From the NCBI GenBank assembly GCA_963789265.1, contig CAWBKB010000003.1:704001-768000 (forward strand): DNA of 64,000 nucleotides. The letters are read 5' to 3'. The notes below the pieces were generated by a model. That model made no database searches. It was not told the DNA's origin and saw only the letters and a list, made by a program, of their open reading frames with translations. The position numbers were made by a program, and so were the translations under genes. The DNA is from an uncultured delta proteobacterium (GTDB lineage Bacteria > Desulfobacterota > Desulfomonilia > Desulfomonilales > Desulfomonilaceae). Each line of letters starts with the position of its first letter. The first letter of the stretch is position 1. Of the stretch, positions 20,973 through 30,216 are shown in pieces.

Positions 20973-22406
20973 TCATATCGCCAGCGCCCGGCCGCCTGTC
21001 ATCACGACTTCCGCTGCACGAGCCGCTGCACTGCTGGCTTGAGCTACGGACTCCGGAATGTCAAGAGGACCCTGAGCGCACCCGCAGGTGTAAATTCCAG
21101 GAACGTTCGTATCCAGCGGCCTGTGGGGATGAGTCTTGACAAAGTTGTTCTCATCCAACTCCAGCCCGAGAAGCTGCGCCAGTTTGACGGTCCCCTTGGG
21201 AGCGGAGCAGGCATTGGCCAAAATGACCATATCCAGAGTCATGCTCGTAACCTTACGCTGCTCTGTATCTTCGTAATAGACCACCGGATTGAGTTCCTCG
21301 TCCTGAAGAATTTCCGCAACTCGCCCCCGGACGTACTTGATCTCCGAGACTTTTGCTCCGCGGATTTTGTACTCTTCGAAGCCTTTTCCAACAGTTCGCA
21401 AATCCATGTAAAAGATGTACGACTGCACACCAGGCTCATGTTCTTTTGCTATTATCGCTTCTTTTATGGAGTGCATGCAGCAATAGCTTGAGCAATATTT
21501 GTGGAAGCGAAAATCCCGGGACCCGACGCATTGCACGAATCCGAGTCTCTTGGCTGTGTGATATTTTTGTACGTGATCTTCCAGCCATTTCTGCTCGTTC
21601 AACAGTTTTGCTGCTTCGGATGAGTCCTCGGATTTTTCCGCTTTCTTGATGAGCTTGGGAATCTCCTTGAGTCTGGCCTCGCCATGGACGGCTGACGGCC
21701 GTGTCAGATGGCCCCTGGTTGGGCCGCCCGCGCTGAGGAGACGCTCCATTTCGAGGGAAGAAATGACGTTAGGCCATTTCCCGTAGCCATATTCTGAAAT
21801 CTGCGTAGCGTCAAAAAGTTCGTAACCGGTCGAGACAATTACCGATGCTACATTCAGGTCTACGTAGGTATCTTTTTGCTCGTAATCGACGGCCTTGGCC
21901 TGGCAGACTTTTGCACACACGCCGCATTTCTGCCCTTGCAAGACCCTGCACGCATTAGGGTCGATGGTGAATACGGACGGTATCCCCTGGGCGTAATCCT
22001 TGTAAATTGCCTTGCGCTGGTCAAGACCGAAATTGAACTCGTTAGGTACCTTTGTGGGGCACTTTTCCGCACAAGCTCCACACGCTGTGCATTTCGTATT
22101 GTCAACGTATCGGGCCTTCCTGTGGACCTTGACTTTGAAGTCACCGACTCGGCCCGAGAATTCTGTTATCTCGCTGTAAGCCAACAGGTCAATGTTCGGA
22201 TGCCGACCGACATCCAGCAACTTAGGCGAGAGAATTCATATAGTGCAGTCATTGGTGGGGAACGTTTTATCCAGTTGGGCCATTTTGCCCCCAATGCTTG
22301 GATTCTTTTCCACCAGATGCACGCGGACGCCCATTTCGCCGAGATCCAGGGCGGCTTGCATGCCGGCAATTCCACCGCCAATGATAAGAACTTCCTGTGA
22401 AGCCAT
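20973..22406 (-). CDS. hdrA: HdrA-like flavoprotein (N-terminal-type module), selenoprotein (U57)
   Basis: [22 protein letters not shown]...[15 protein letters not shown](22238..22236)-ILSPK in frame with ORF 20973..22220; paralogues have NDCSAC/NDCSTC; hairpin GGATGTC-GGTC-GGCATCC downstream. Confidence 0.92.
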
Positions 22407-22466
22407 AATTCTTTACCGTCCTTCGGTTCAATAACCTTCAAATGTCGGCTTAACTGTTTGCCAATG

Positions 22467-23597
22467 TCAGGTTTTGAGTGTCTGAGCCATAAGGTCGTTG
22501 ATGTCACGGATCTTCAGGTCCAGTTCCGTGTCTCGCAGGGCACAGTTCAAATGCACACGGCACTTCGTGCAAGCTGTTACGATTGTTTCTGCTCCTGCCG
22601 CTATAGCCTCGCTCAGCCGATTTTTCTGTATTGCTTTGGAGCAGCTCGAACAACCCATCCAGCCACTAGTTCCGCAACAAAGGCTGTTTTCTCGATTGTG
22701 CTCCATCTCGTTAAAAGTGATGCCCGGGATGGCACGGATCAAGGTGCGAGGAGCATCCATGATGCCGGCCTGTCGACCGAGACGGCACGGATCGTGGTAA
22801 GTGACAACACCTTCAAGTGGAGTGAAGCTGCAAGCTCCGGAGGCCACTTTGTCAGCGAGAAGCTCGTAGAAGTGGACCAGTTCGAGGTCCATTTGCCCCA
22901 ATACTTCAGGATAGTATTTCTTAAAAGTTAGGTACCCTTCGGGGCACTGGAAGACTACGCGTTTACACCCCAGGCTCTTTATGAGGTCCACGTTGCGACG
23001 TGCCAGCTTCGCGAAATTTTCTTGGTCGCCGTTCCATAAGAGATCGTGACCGCAACAGCGTTCGTCATCGTGTACGACCGGCTCGATCCCGATGGAATTG
23101 AGAAGTTTCAACACCCCTTTTGGGCCGTCCATAACGTCCAAGTTCCAGTCGTCATGAAACTCCACATCGAAAAAGGGCGCGCATCCAACGAAGTAGTAGG
23201 TGTCACCGGTTTCGGATATCCGACCTGCCTCTTTCGCCCAGTCGGTTTTGCTTTGCTTAACGTCTAGTGTCTGTAACCGCATGATGGTCTGGAATAGACC
23301 CCTGTGAGCCGGAACGCCTCCCTTCCCTTGCCTGAAGGCCTCTCCGCGTACCATCCTCACGAACTCCGGGTAGTCGATCTTGGAGGGGCAGCGAGAGCTG
23401 CACTGGCCGCACGCGAGGCAGGACCAGATGTTCACATCTTCCAGAGGATTCTCTTCTTGGTCCATAAGGACCTTTTCGACCATCAGACGGGGCGAAAAAT
23501 CGGGAGTGACACGCGAGACAGGGCAGCTCCCCGTGCAGATCCCGCAGTCCAGGCAGTAGTAAGCGTGAGTCTGTTCAACAATTTCCGGTAGTTTCAT
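22467..23597 (-). CDS. HdrD-like Fe-S protein (two ferredoxin motifs plus CCG domains)
   Basis: CLDCGICTGSCP, CLACGQCSSRCP, ERCCGH, YHDPCRLGR, CCG, ACTKC; ATGA overlap with upstream mvhD. Confidence 0.9.
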   Translation of the reverse strand: MKLPEIVEQTHAYYCLDCGICTGSCPVSRVTPDFSPRLMVEKVLMDQEENPLEDVNIWSCLACGQCSSRCPSKIDYPEFVRMVRGEAFRQGKGGVPAHRGLFQTIMRLQTLDVKQSKTDWAKEAGRISETGDTYYFVGCAPFFDVEFHDDWNLDVMDGPKGVLKLLNSIGIEPVVHDDERCCGHDLLWNGDQENFAKLARRNVDLIKSLGCKRVVFQCPEGYLTFKKYYPEVLGQMDLELVHFYELLADKVASGACSFTPLEGVVTYHDPCRLGRQAGIMDAPRTLIRAIPGITFNEMEHNRENSLCCGTSGWMGCSSCSKAIQKNRLSEAIAAGAETIVTACTKCRVHLNCALRDTELDLKIRDINDLMAQTLKT

Positions 23598-24022
23598 GCT
23601 GCGGTCTCCGTCTTGGCAAGGGGATTCTTTCCCAGCTTCCGGACGTCCTCGGTAAAACTCCGGACCACTTCTGCAAACCGGGTCCCTTCCGACGCGGATA
23701 TCCATTCCCGCCGAAGGCGGCCGTCTTCGATACCGAGCAGTTTCATGAGTTTGCGGGTTTTTTCCAGGACCTTTTGTGCTTTCTCATTACCTTCCAGGTA
23801 ATGGCATTCACCGAGGTGTCAACCGGTGACAAGGACGCCGTCCGCGCCTTTTTCAAATGCTTTGAGTACGTAAGACGGAACGAGCATTCCCGAGCACATG
23901 AGCTTGATCAGCCGAATGCTTGGCGGATACTGCATTCTCCCAACGCCTGCGAGATCTGCACCGGCGTAGGAACACCAGTTGCATGCGAAGGCGATGATTT
24001 TAGGATTATACTCTGCGGTCAT
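23594..24022 (-). CDS. mvhD: MvhD/FlxD-like [2Fe-2S] subunit, selenoprotein (U68)
   Basis: [13 protein letters not shown]...VTG-TGA(23821..23819)[11 protein letters not shown]...EWISASEG...; perfect hairpin CATTACCT-GGA-AGGTAATG. Confidence 0.93.
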
Positions 24023-24105
24023 GTTGTCTCCACGAGAAGGAGTTTTAGGTTTCGATTTGCACATCGATAAGAGGCAATTTAGCGCCGCAACTGGTCATCG
24101 AAGCA

Positions 24106-24177
24106 TGGCCGGCAGAGACGCCGGTCCTACCATGAACCCGGTAGGACCGGTCCCGCGAGACGCGGGATGCCGGTTAT
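24106..24177. repeat. REP hairpin pair (CCGGTCCTAC/GTAGGACCGG) with CCCGCGAGACGCGGG insert
   Basis: Same unit at 13814, 39005-39062, 45505. Confidence 0.7.
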
Positions 24178-24199
24178 CAAATGCTGGTTGCCTCCGAAT

Positions 24200-27100
24200 T
24201 CAGCTCAAGGCGGCTTCTATCATGTCGCCGACCTGCTCGTCTTTGAAATGACGAACCGCAGCCGCTCCCGTTGGGCAAGCGACGCCGCACGCTCCGCATC
24301 CCTTGCACAACGCAGGGTTAACTTCGGACTTCATCACGCCGGGGGCCACTTCTTTAAGCTCCGGCGCGTGGAATGGGCACACATCAACACAGCGCCCGCA
24401 ACCTCGACAAAGGAACTCGTCAACAAAGGACACCATGCCGGGGGCATCCACATACCCGCGGGCCAGAACCTGTGCGGCATGAGAAGCTGCTGCCTCTGCC
24501 TGAGCTATGGTTTCGTCCAACGGCTTCGGATAATGAGCCAAGCCCGCAAGAAAAACACCATCCGTCGCGAAATCAACCGGTCGCAACTTCATGTGGGCTT
24601 CCAGGAAGTAACCGTCTTCGTTCGTAGAGATCTTGAACATTCGGGCCAATTCTTTGTTGACCGGATTCGGGATTACCGCGGCGGCCAACACAAGACTGTC
24701 AGCTTCCAGAGTCATCGTGCCGCCCAAGACCAGATCCTCTACCCGAACCACCATCTTTTGGCCGAGTTCGACAACAGGAGGCGCCTCGGGCTCGTATCGA
24801 ACGAAGACCACTCCCATCCTCCGGGCTTGCTCATAATACGGCTCGTTCAGACCATAAGTGCGGATATCACGATAGAGCACATATATGTTGGCGTTGGGAT
24901 TGGCTTCCTTCAGGGCAATAGCATCCTTGACGGTGTGATTGCAGCACACCTTGCTGCACCACGGCCTTTCCTGGCAGCGGGAGCCCACACACTGTATGAA
25001 GACCGTGGTTCCGGCCTTCATCACGGCAGGGTCTTGGGCCTTCATCGCTTCGCTCATCTCAAGATGAGTCCTGATGCGCGGATCGGAGCCGTACCCATAA
25101 ATATCGGGCTTCCATTCACTTGCGCCGGTGGCCACCACTGCAACGCCATGCTCGACCTCGACAGGCTGGCTTCCTCCAGACGCTATCTTTGTCTTGAAAC
25201 TCCCGATGAAGCCCTGAACATCCCCGATGGCTGCATTAAAATACGTGCTGATCTTATCGCTTGAAGTAACCTTGTGCACCAACTCATCCAGATAAGGCCG
25301 TACCTCTTCCCCTTTGGTTGTATGATGCAATCTCAGAGCATTGCCGCCAAGCTTGTCCGAGGCTTCTACGAGATGCACGGGGAATCCCTGGTCCGCCAGG
25401 TTCAAAGCAGCGGTCATTCCCGCGACCCCACCGCCGATCACAAGAGCTGATTCAATCATCCCCAACTGTTGATCTTGGACCTGTTCCAGTAGTCGTGACC
25501 TGGCCACGGCCATTCGAATGAGATCTACGGCCTTCTCGGTGGCCATTTCCTTTTCTTGCATGTGAACCCAGGAACAATGCTCGCGAATATTCGCCATCTC
25601 CACGAGGTATTTGTTCAAGCCTGCTTCACGAGCGGTTTCCTGGAAAAGCGGCAGATGCGTGCGTGGGGTGCAAGAGGCCACTATGACGCGGTTAAGATTG
25701 TTCTCCTCAATGAGTTTCTTGATGTTGTTTTGAGTGTCCAGGGAGCAGGTGAACATGTTTTCTTCTGCATACGCCACTCCCGGCAGAGTCCGGACCCGCT
25801 CCACCACTTCGGATACGCTCACGGTGGATGCTATGTTGATGCCGCATCTGCAAACGAACACTCCAATCCGCGGTTCCTGGCCCGCAAAATTCTTTTCCGG
25901 AGGAAGCTGCTTCTTGGTTGTTAGCGTATTGCGTTGGTCCGCGAGCTGACGAACGGCTACTCCAGCCGCGGCCGAGGCTTCCATCACGGTCTGAGGAATG
26001 TCCTTAGGGGCCTGAAACGCGCCGGCAACAAAGATTCCCGGTCTGGTAGTCCCTACCGGATCGAACGTGCTAGTAGCGCAAAAATGGTTTTCATCCAGAC
26101 TAACGTTGAGAATTCGTGCTGTTTCCAGCGTGGATTCAGAAGGCTTGATGCCGACGGCAAGCACTACCATGTCGAAAGTTTCAGTGATCAACTGGCTGTT
26201 TTCCGACACGTAGGTTAGCTGAAGATCCTTTGTGACAGGATCTTCAACGACTCGGCTTACCATAGATCTGATAAAACGAACTCCGCCATTGTTCTTGGCA
26301 CGTTCGTAATACTTATCAAAGTCTTTACCGTAGGCACGGATGTCCATGAAAAAGATCGTAGGCTCGATAGAAGAGTCGTGCTCTTTAGCAATAACGGCCT
26401 CTTTGATCGAAGCCATGCAGCAGACAGAGCTACAATGAGGCATGCCTTTGCTGCGATCCCTCGATGCAACACACTGTATCCAAGCAACCTTTCGCGGGTG
26501 TTTGTTGTCGGAAGGACGCCTCACCTCGCCTGCAAACGGGCCGGATGCGCTCAAAATACGTTCGAATTGAACGTTTGTTACGACGTTGGCTGCTCTACCA
26601 TACGAAAATTCGCCTCGCAGTTTCTCAGGATTGACGACCTCGAAGCCTGGAGTGAGGATCACCGCCCCCACTCTTACCTCCAGCACCTCATCCTTGATCG
26701 AGTGGTCCACCGCCTGAGCCGGGCAAGCTCTCACGCATTCCATACATTCAGAGCACAAGCCGCAGTTCAGACAGCGTTCAGCCTCTTTCGCGGCGGCCTC
26801 AGCGCTTAAAACTCTTTCCACTTCGTTGAAATTCGCCACTCTGTCTTTGACCTGCATGTAAGCGGGCTCTAGCCGCGCTCGTTCGGGCATTTTGGGGATG
26901 GGCGGATAGACAAAATCCCTGGCCTGTTGCTTCTTTTCCCTGTGAGTTGTTCGTCCTGCTCGCACATCCCGGCCCTCTAAAAAGCGAGAAATCGATATGG
27001 CGGCCTCTTGCCCGGCTCCGACTGCCTCGACCACAGTTGCAGGCCCGGATGCAGCGTCACCTCCCGCGAACACTCCTTCGATATTGGTCTGGAAAGTAAG

Positions 27101-28639
27101 ATGATCGGTATGGATGGTATTCCTGGCGGAGCTGTTCAAACCTGTCACCCGATCCCAGAACTCGGGATCGATCTGTTGCCCGATGGCCGAAATTACCATG
27201 TCGGTCTGAAACACGAACTCCGAACCTTGAATGGGCACAGGTCTCCTGCGGCCGGAACGGTCGGGCTCACCGAGATCCATCTTGATGCACTTCAGCCCTT
27301 TAATACTCCCGTTTTCGTGGAGGACCTCTACAGGAGCAACCAAGTAGTTAATCTTGATATTCTCTTCCAAGGCAGCTTCGATTTCTTCTTCCCAGGCCGG
27401 CATCTCGGCACGGGTGCGGCGGTAGAGAATCGAAACTTCTTCAGCCCCTAAACGTAAGCTGGTACGGGCAGCGTCCAGCGCGGCGTTGCCACCACCGATT
27501 ACCGCCACTGACCGGCCCACCTTCACTTCTTGATTCAATTCAGCGTCACGGAGAAAAGAGACCGCTTGTACGACGCCTGCGGAGTCCTCTCCGGCAATGT
27601 CCATGCGAGAGCCCTTATGGCATCCGATCGCGAGGTAAACGGCGTTGAACTGGGCCCGAAGCTCGTCGAGGGAAATGTCTTTCCCCAGGCTGGTATTAGT
27701 GCGGACCTCTATACCATAACTAAGAATGTGCTGTATTTCAGCATCCAAGACTTCTCTGGGCAACCGATACTTGGGAATTCCCAATCTCAGCATACCGCCC
27801 AAGACGGAAGCCGATTCAAAAATGGTGCACGCGTAGCCCTCAAGCGCCAGGTAATAGGCTGCGCTCAGGCCGGCAGGTCCCAACCCGACTATGGCGACCT
27901 TCCCTTCTTTCGGGCTGATCTCGGGTCTAGGAAGGTCTTTATAATCTACGTTATCCGCGGCCACTCGTTTCAAATTTCGAATTGATACCGGAGAATCTTT
28001 CAAACCTCGGCGGCAGACCCCCTCACAAGGATGGGGACATACTCGCCCAAGCACGCCGGGCAACGGGAGATTCTCCATGATCAGCTCAATGGCTTGCTGG
28101 TATTTGCCCTGCTTCACAAGCTGCACATAGCCTTGGACATTGATCCCGGCCGGGCATTCGGCTACACACGGAGCGCGGTCCCCCTTATCAATTACAAACG
28201 CCTGCGGAATGGTTTGAGGGAACAGACGATACGCGGCTTTTCTCTCGCTCAGCTTCTCGTTGTATTCATCCGGAAGGGTGACCGGACAGGCGACGGCGCA
28301 ATCACCGCAGTTCTTGCATTTATCGATATCGATGTACCGGGTTTTTTTTCGGACCTTCACCCGGAAATCGCCGGGCTCGCCTTCTATGCCTTCGATCTGG
28401 CTATAGGCCAGAATTTCAACATTAGGATTTTGCCCAACGGTCACGAGTTTAGGGGAAAAAATGCAGGCGGAGCAGTCGTTTGTGGGAAAGGTCTTGTCCA
28501 GTTGGGCCATGACCCCTCCGATGCCGGCTTTCTCTTCAACGAGGTATACCTTGAAGCCTGACTCCGCCAGGTCCAGTGAGGCCTGAACACCACCTATTCC
28601 CCCACCGACCGTCATTATCGCGCCTATTTTTTCAGTCAC
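24200..28639 (-). CDS. hdrL: HdrL-type multidomain flavoprotein (HdrA with inserted GltD/NfnB-like NAD(P)H domain), 1479 aa
   Basis: [60 protein letters not shown]; second HdrA module GVFVCRCG...CSKVCC; C-terminal ferredoxins. Confidence 0.92.
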   Translation of the reverse strand: MTEKIGAIMTVGGGIGGVQASLDLAESGFKVYLVEEKAGIGGVMAQLDKTFPTNDCSACIFSPKLVTVGQNPNVEILAYSQIEGIEGEPGDFRVKVRKKTRYIDIDKCKNCGDCAVACPVTLPDEYNEKLSERKAAYRLFPQTIPQAFVIDKGDRAPCVAECPAGINVQGYVQLVKQGKYQQAIELIMENLPLPGVLGRVCPHPCEGVCRRGLKDSPVSIRNLKRVAADNVDYKDLPRPEISPKEGKVAIVGLGPAGLSAAYYLALEGYACTIFESASVLGGMLRLGIPKYRLPREVLDAEIQHILSYGIEVRTNTSLGKDISLDELRAQFNAVYLAIGCHKGSRMDIAGEDSAGVVQAVSFLRDAELNQEVKVGRSVAVIGGGNAALDAARTSLRLGAEEVSILYRRTRAEMPAWEEEIEAALEENIKINYLVAPVEVLHENGSIKGLKCIKMDLGEPDRSGRRRPVPIQGSEFVFQTDMVISAIGQQIDPEFWDRVTGLNSSARNTIHTDHLTFQTNIEGVFAGGDAASGPATVVEAVGAGQEAAISISRFLEGRDVRAGRTTHREKKQQARDFVYPPIPKMPERARLEPAYMQVKDRVANFNEVERVLSAEAAAKEAERCLNCGLCSECMECVRACPAQAVDHSIKDEVLEVRVGAVILTPGFEVVNPEKLRGEFSYGRAANVVTNVQFERILSASGPFAGEVRRPSDNKHPRKVAWIQCVASRDRSKGMPHCSSVCCMASIKEAVIAKEHDSSIEPTIFFMDIRAYGKDFDKYYERAKNNGGVRFIRSMVSRVVEDPVTKDLQLTYVSENSQLITETFDMVVLAVGIKPSESTLETARILNVSLDENHFCATSTFDPVGTTRPGIFVAGAFQAPKDIPQTVMEASAAAGVAVRQLADQRNTLTTKKQLPPEKNFAGQEPRIGVFVCRCGINIASTVSVSEVVERVRTLPGVAYAEENMFTCSLDTQNNIKKLIEENNLNRVIVASCTPRTHLPLFQETAREAGLNKYLVEMANIREHCSWVHMQEKEMATEKAVDLIRMAVARSRLLEQVQDQQLGMIESALVIGGGVAGMTAALNLADQGFPVHLVEASDKLGGNALRLHHTTKGEEVRPYLDELVHKVTSSDKISTYFNAAIGDVQGFIGSFKTKIASGGSQPVEVEHGVAVVATGASEWKPDIYGYGSDPRIRTHLEMSEAMKAQDPAVMKAGTTVFIQCVGSRCQERPWCSKVCCNHTVKDAIALKEANPNANIYVLYRDIRTYGLNEPYYEQARRMGVVFVRYEPEAPPVVELGQKMVVRVEDLVLGGTMTLEADSLVLAAAVIPNPVNKELARMFKISTNEDGYFLEAHMKLRPVDFATDGVFLAGLAHYPKPLDETIAQAEAAASHAAQVLARGYVDAPGMVSFVDEFLCRGCGRCVDVCPFHAPELKEVAPGVMKSEVNPALCKGCGACGVACPTGAAAVRHFKDEQVGDMIEAALS

Positions 28640-28699
28640 GATGTCGCTCCAACATGATTCTAGGAAATCTAAATGTCTCTCAATTCCTGCCCAATACGC

Positions 28700-29552
28700 T
28701 TAAAGCAGCCCTTTTGCCGCGAGCAAATTCTTAGGTGAGACTATATGTTTCTCAAACCATGCGCCTGAGTTCGGGCTGGCAAAGGCCACACCGATCAGCT
28801 CGGTCAGATAGAGTATGGGAAGCTCATAGAGCTTTCCCGTCTCTTTCGAGATGTCTGCCTGGCGAGTATCCAGGTTTGCCTGGCACATGGGGCATAGGGT
28901 TACCATTGCGTCCGCTTCCACGAGAATCGCCATGTCCAGAAGCTTGCGCGAAAGTTTAAGCACCAGGTCGGTACGGGTCAGGGCAAGCGAGCCACCGCAG
29001 CAGTCGGTTTTGTAGGGCCAGCTCAATACCTCGGCACCGAGGGCCTCGAGTACATGGTCCAACTGCATGGGATTCTCAGGATCGGCTGGCTCCACAACCT
29101 CTATCGGGCGTACGGCAAGGCAGCCATAGTACGGGTACTACCTTCAACCCGGAAAGCGGTTTTGCTATGCGCTCCTTGAGCCGGACAAGCAACTCGGGGG
29201 AATGGAACATGTCCATGCCCGAGATCACCTTGATCCCGCCCTTGAACGGGAACCTCTTATGAAGCTCTTCTTCCTCCATGATACGCTTCGATGCGGCCTT
29301 CATCCTCACATGGCAACCCGCACAGGGGGCAACCACATCCATGCCGAGCTTCTCCGCTGTCATCAGGTCGCGTGCCGGAAGGGCTGCCTCCAGATAGGCA
29401 TCCACGACATGCGCTGATGAAGCGCCGCAGCATGTCCAGTCAGGGATCTCGCGTAGCGTCACATCAAGCTTCTCTGCAGAGAACCTGAACGATTCATCCA
29501 GTTCGCGAGCGCTGCCTGTCAGAGTGCATCCGGGGTAGTAACTGTATTCCAT
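28700..29552 (-). CDS. hdrB: heterodisulfide reductase subunit B, +1 frameshift near 29134
   Basis: YSYYPGC, WTCCGAS, PCAGC; removing one C gives VVPYYGC; TDCCGG, LCPMCQANLD. Confidence 0.9.
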
Positions 29553-29588
29553 GATCTATCCTTGCATTTAGAGTGTTCGGGAGAATTC

Positions 29589-30140
29589 TTATTTCATTTG
29601 GGACTGCTCGAATACTTCTTTCACCTTACCGATATTCCGAGACCGGTGGGGGAGGAGATGCATTCTTCCTTTACGGAACATCTTCCAACCCAGCTCCATG
29701 TCCGAAAAGTAACTCTTGGTCTTCATCTTGTACATACCGACGAGAAACAACTCGTGCACGCGGCCGAAGGTACGGACGTTCTTGAGAAAAGTGGTATGAA
29801 ACGTCGGAACCTCCTGATCACCACCGGTAGGTATGTTCTGTTTGAGCGCCTGGTGACGGATCGGGTCCAAGAGAGCGGGTACGTCAATGCCGTTGGGGCA
29901 TCTCGCGCCGCAGGTATGGCAGGTCAAACAGAGCCAGATGCTCCTGGAACTCACGATCCGATCCACGTCACCCAGAACCGCAAGGCGTACCATCTGATGC
30001 GGAAGAAGATCCATCTCAGGGGCCACTGGGCAACCCGCCGAACACTTGCCGCACTGATAACACTGGTGAATCACCGAAGACAACTCTCCCACAGGTGGGG
30101 ATACCTTGCCGGGAGGCACATTCAAACCGGATTGCTGCAT
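29589..30140 (-). CDS. hdrC: heterodisulfide reductase subunit C
   Basis: CYQCGKCSAGCP, IWLCLTCHTCGARCP. Confidence 0.92.
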   Translation of the reverse strand: MQQSGLNVPPGKVSPPVGELSSVIHQCYQCGKCSAGCPVAPEMDLLPHQMVRLAVLGDVDRIVSSRSIWLCLTCHTCGARCPNGIDVPALLDPIRHQALKQNIPTGGDQEVPTFHTTFLKNVRTFGRVHELFLVGMYKMKTKSYFSDMELGWKMFRKGRMHLLPHRSRNIGKVKEVFEQSQMK

Positions 30141-30216
30141 CGTTTTCTCCTGTTGTGAGGATCGCTTATCGCGACAATAATTTTCGCGGCCGAGCTTGCG
30201 GCGTTTTATCCTCAGT

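Noticed and set aside
17943..24022. Assignment as class II benzoyl-CoA reductase (Bam) or canonical Flx-Hdr
   Set aside because: No tungsten-enzyme BamB or BamGHI genes and no FlxA/FlxB in the window; only shared Hdr/MvhD modules.
24167..25264. Long antisense ORFs (e.g. 24167..25264, 3149..4012, 57251..57925, 49548..50234)
   Set aside because: Shadow frames opposite well-supported genes, with no recognisable motifs.
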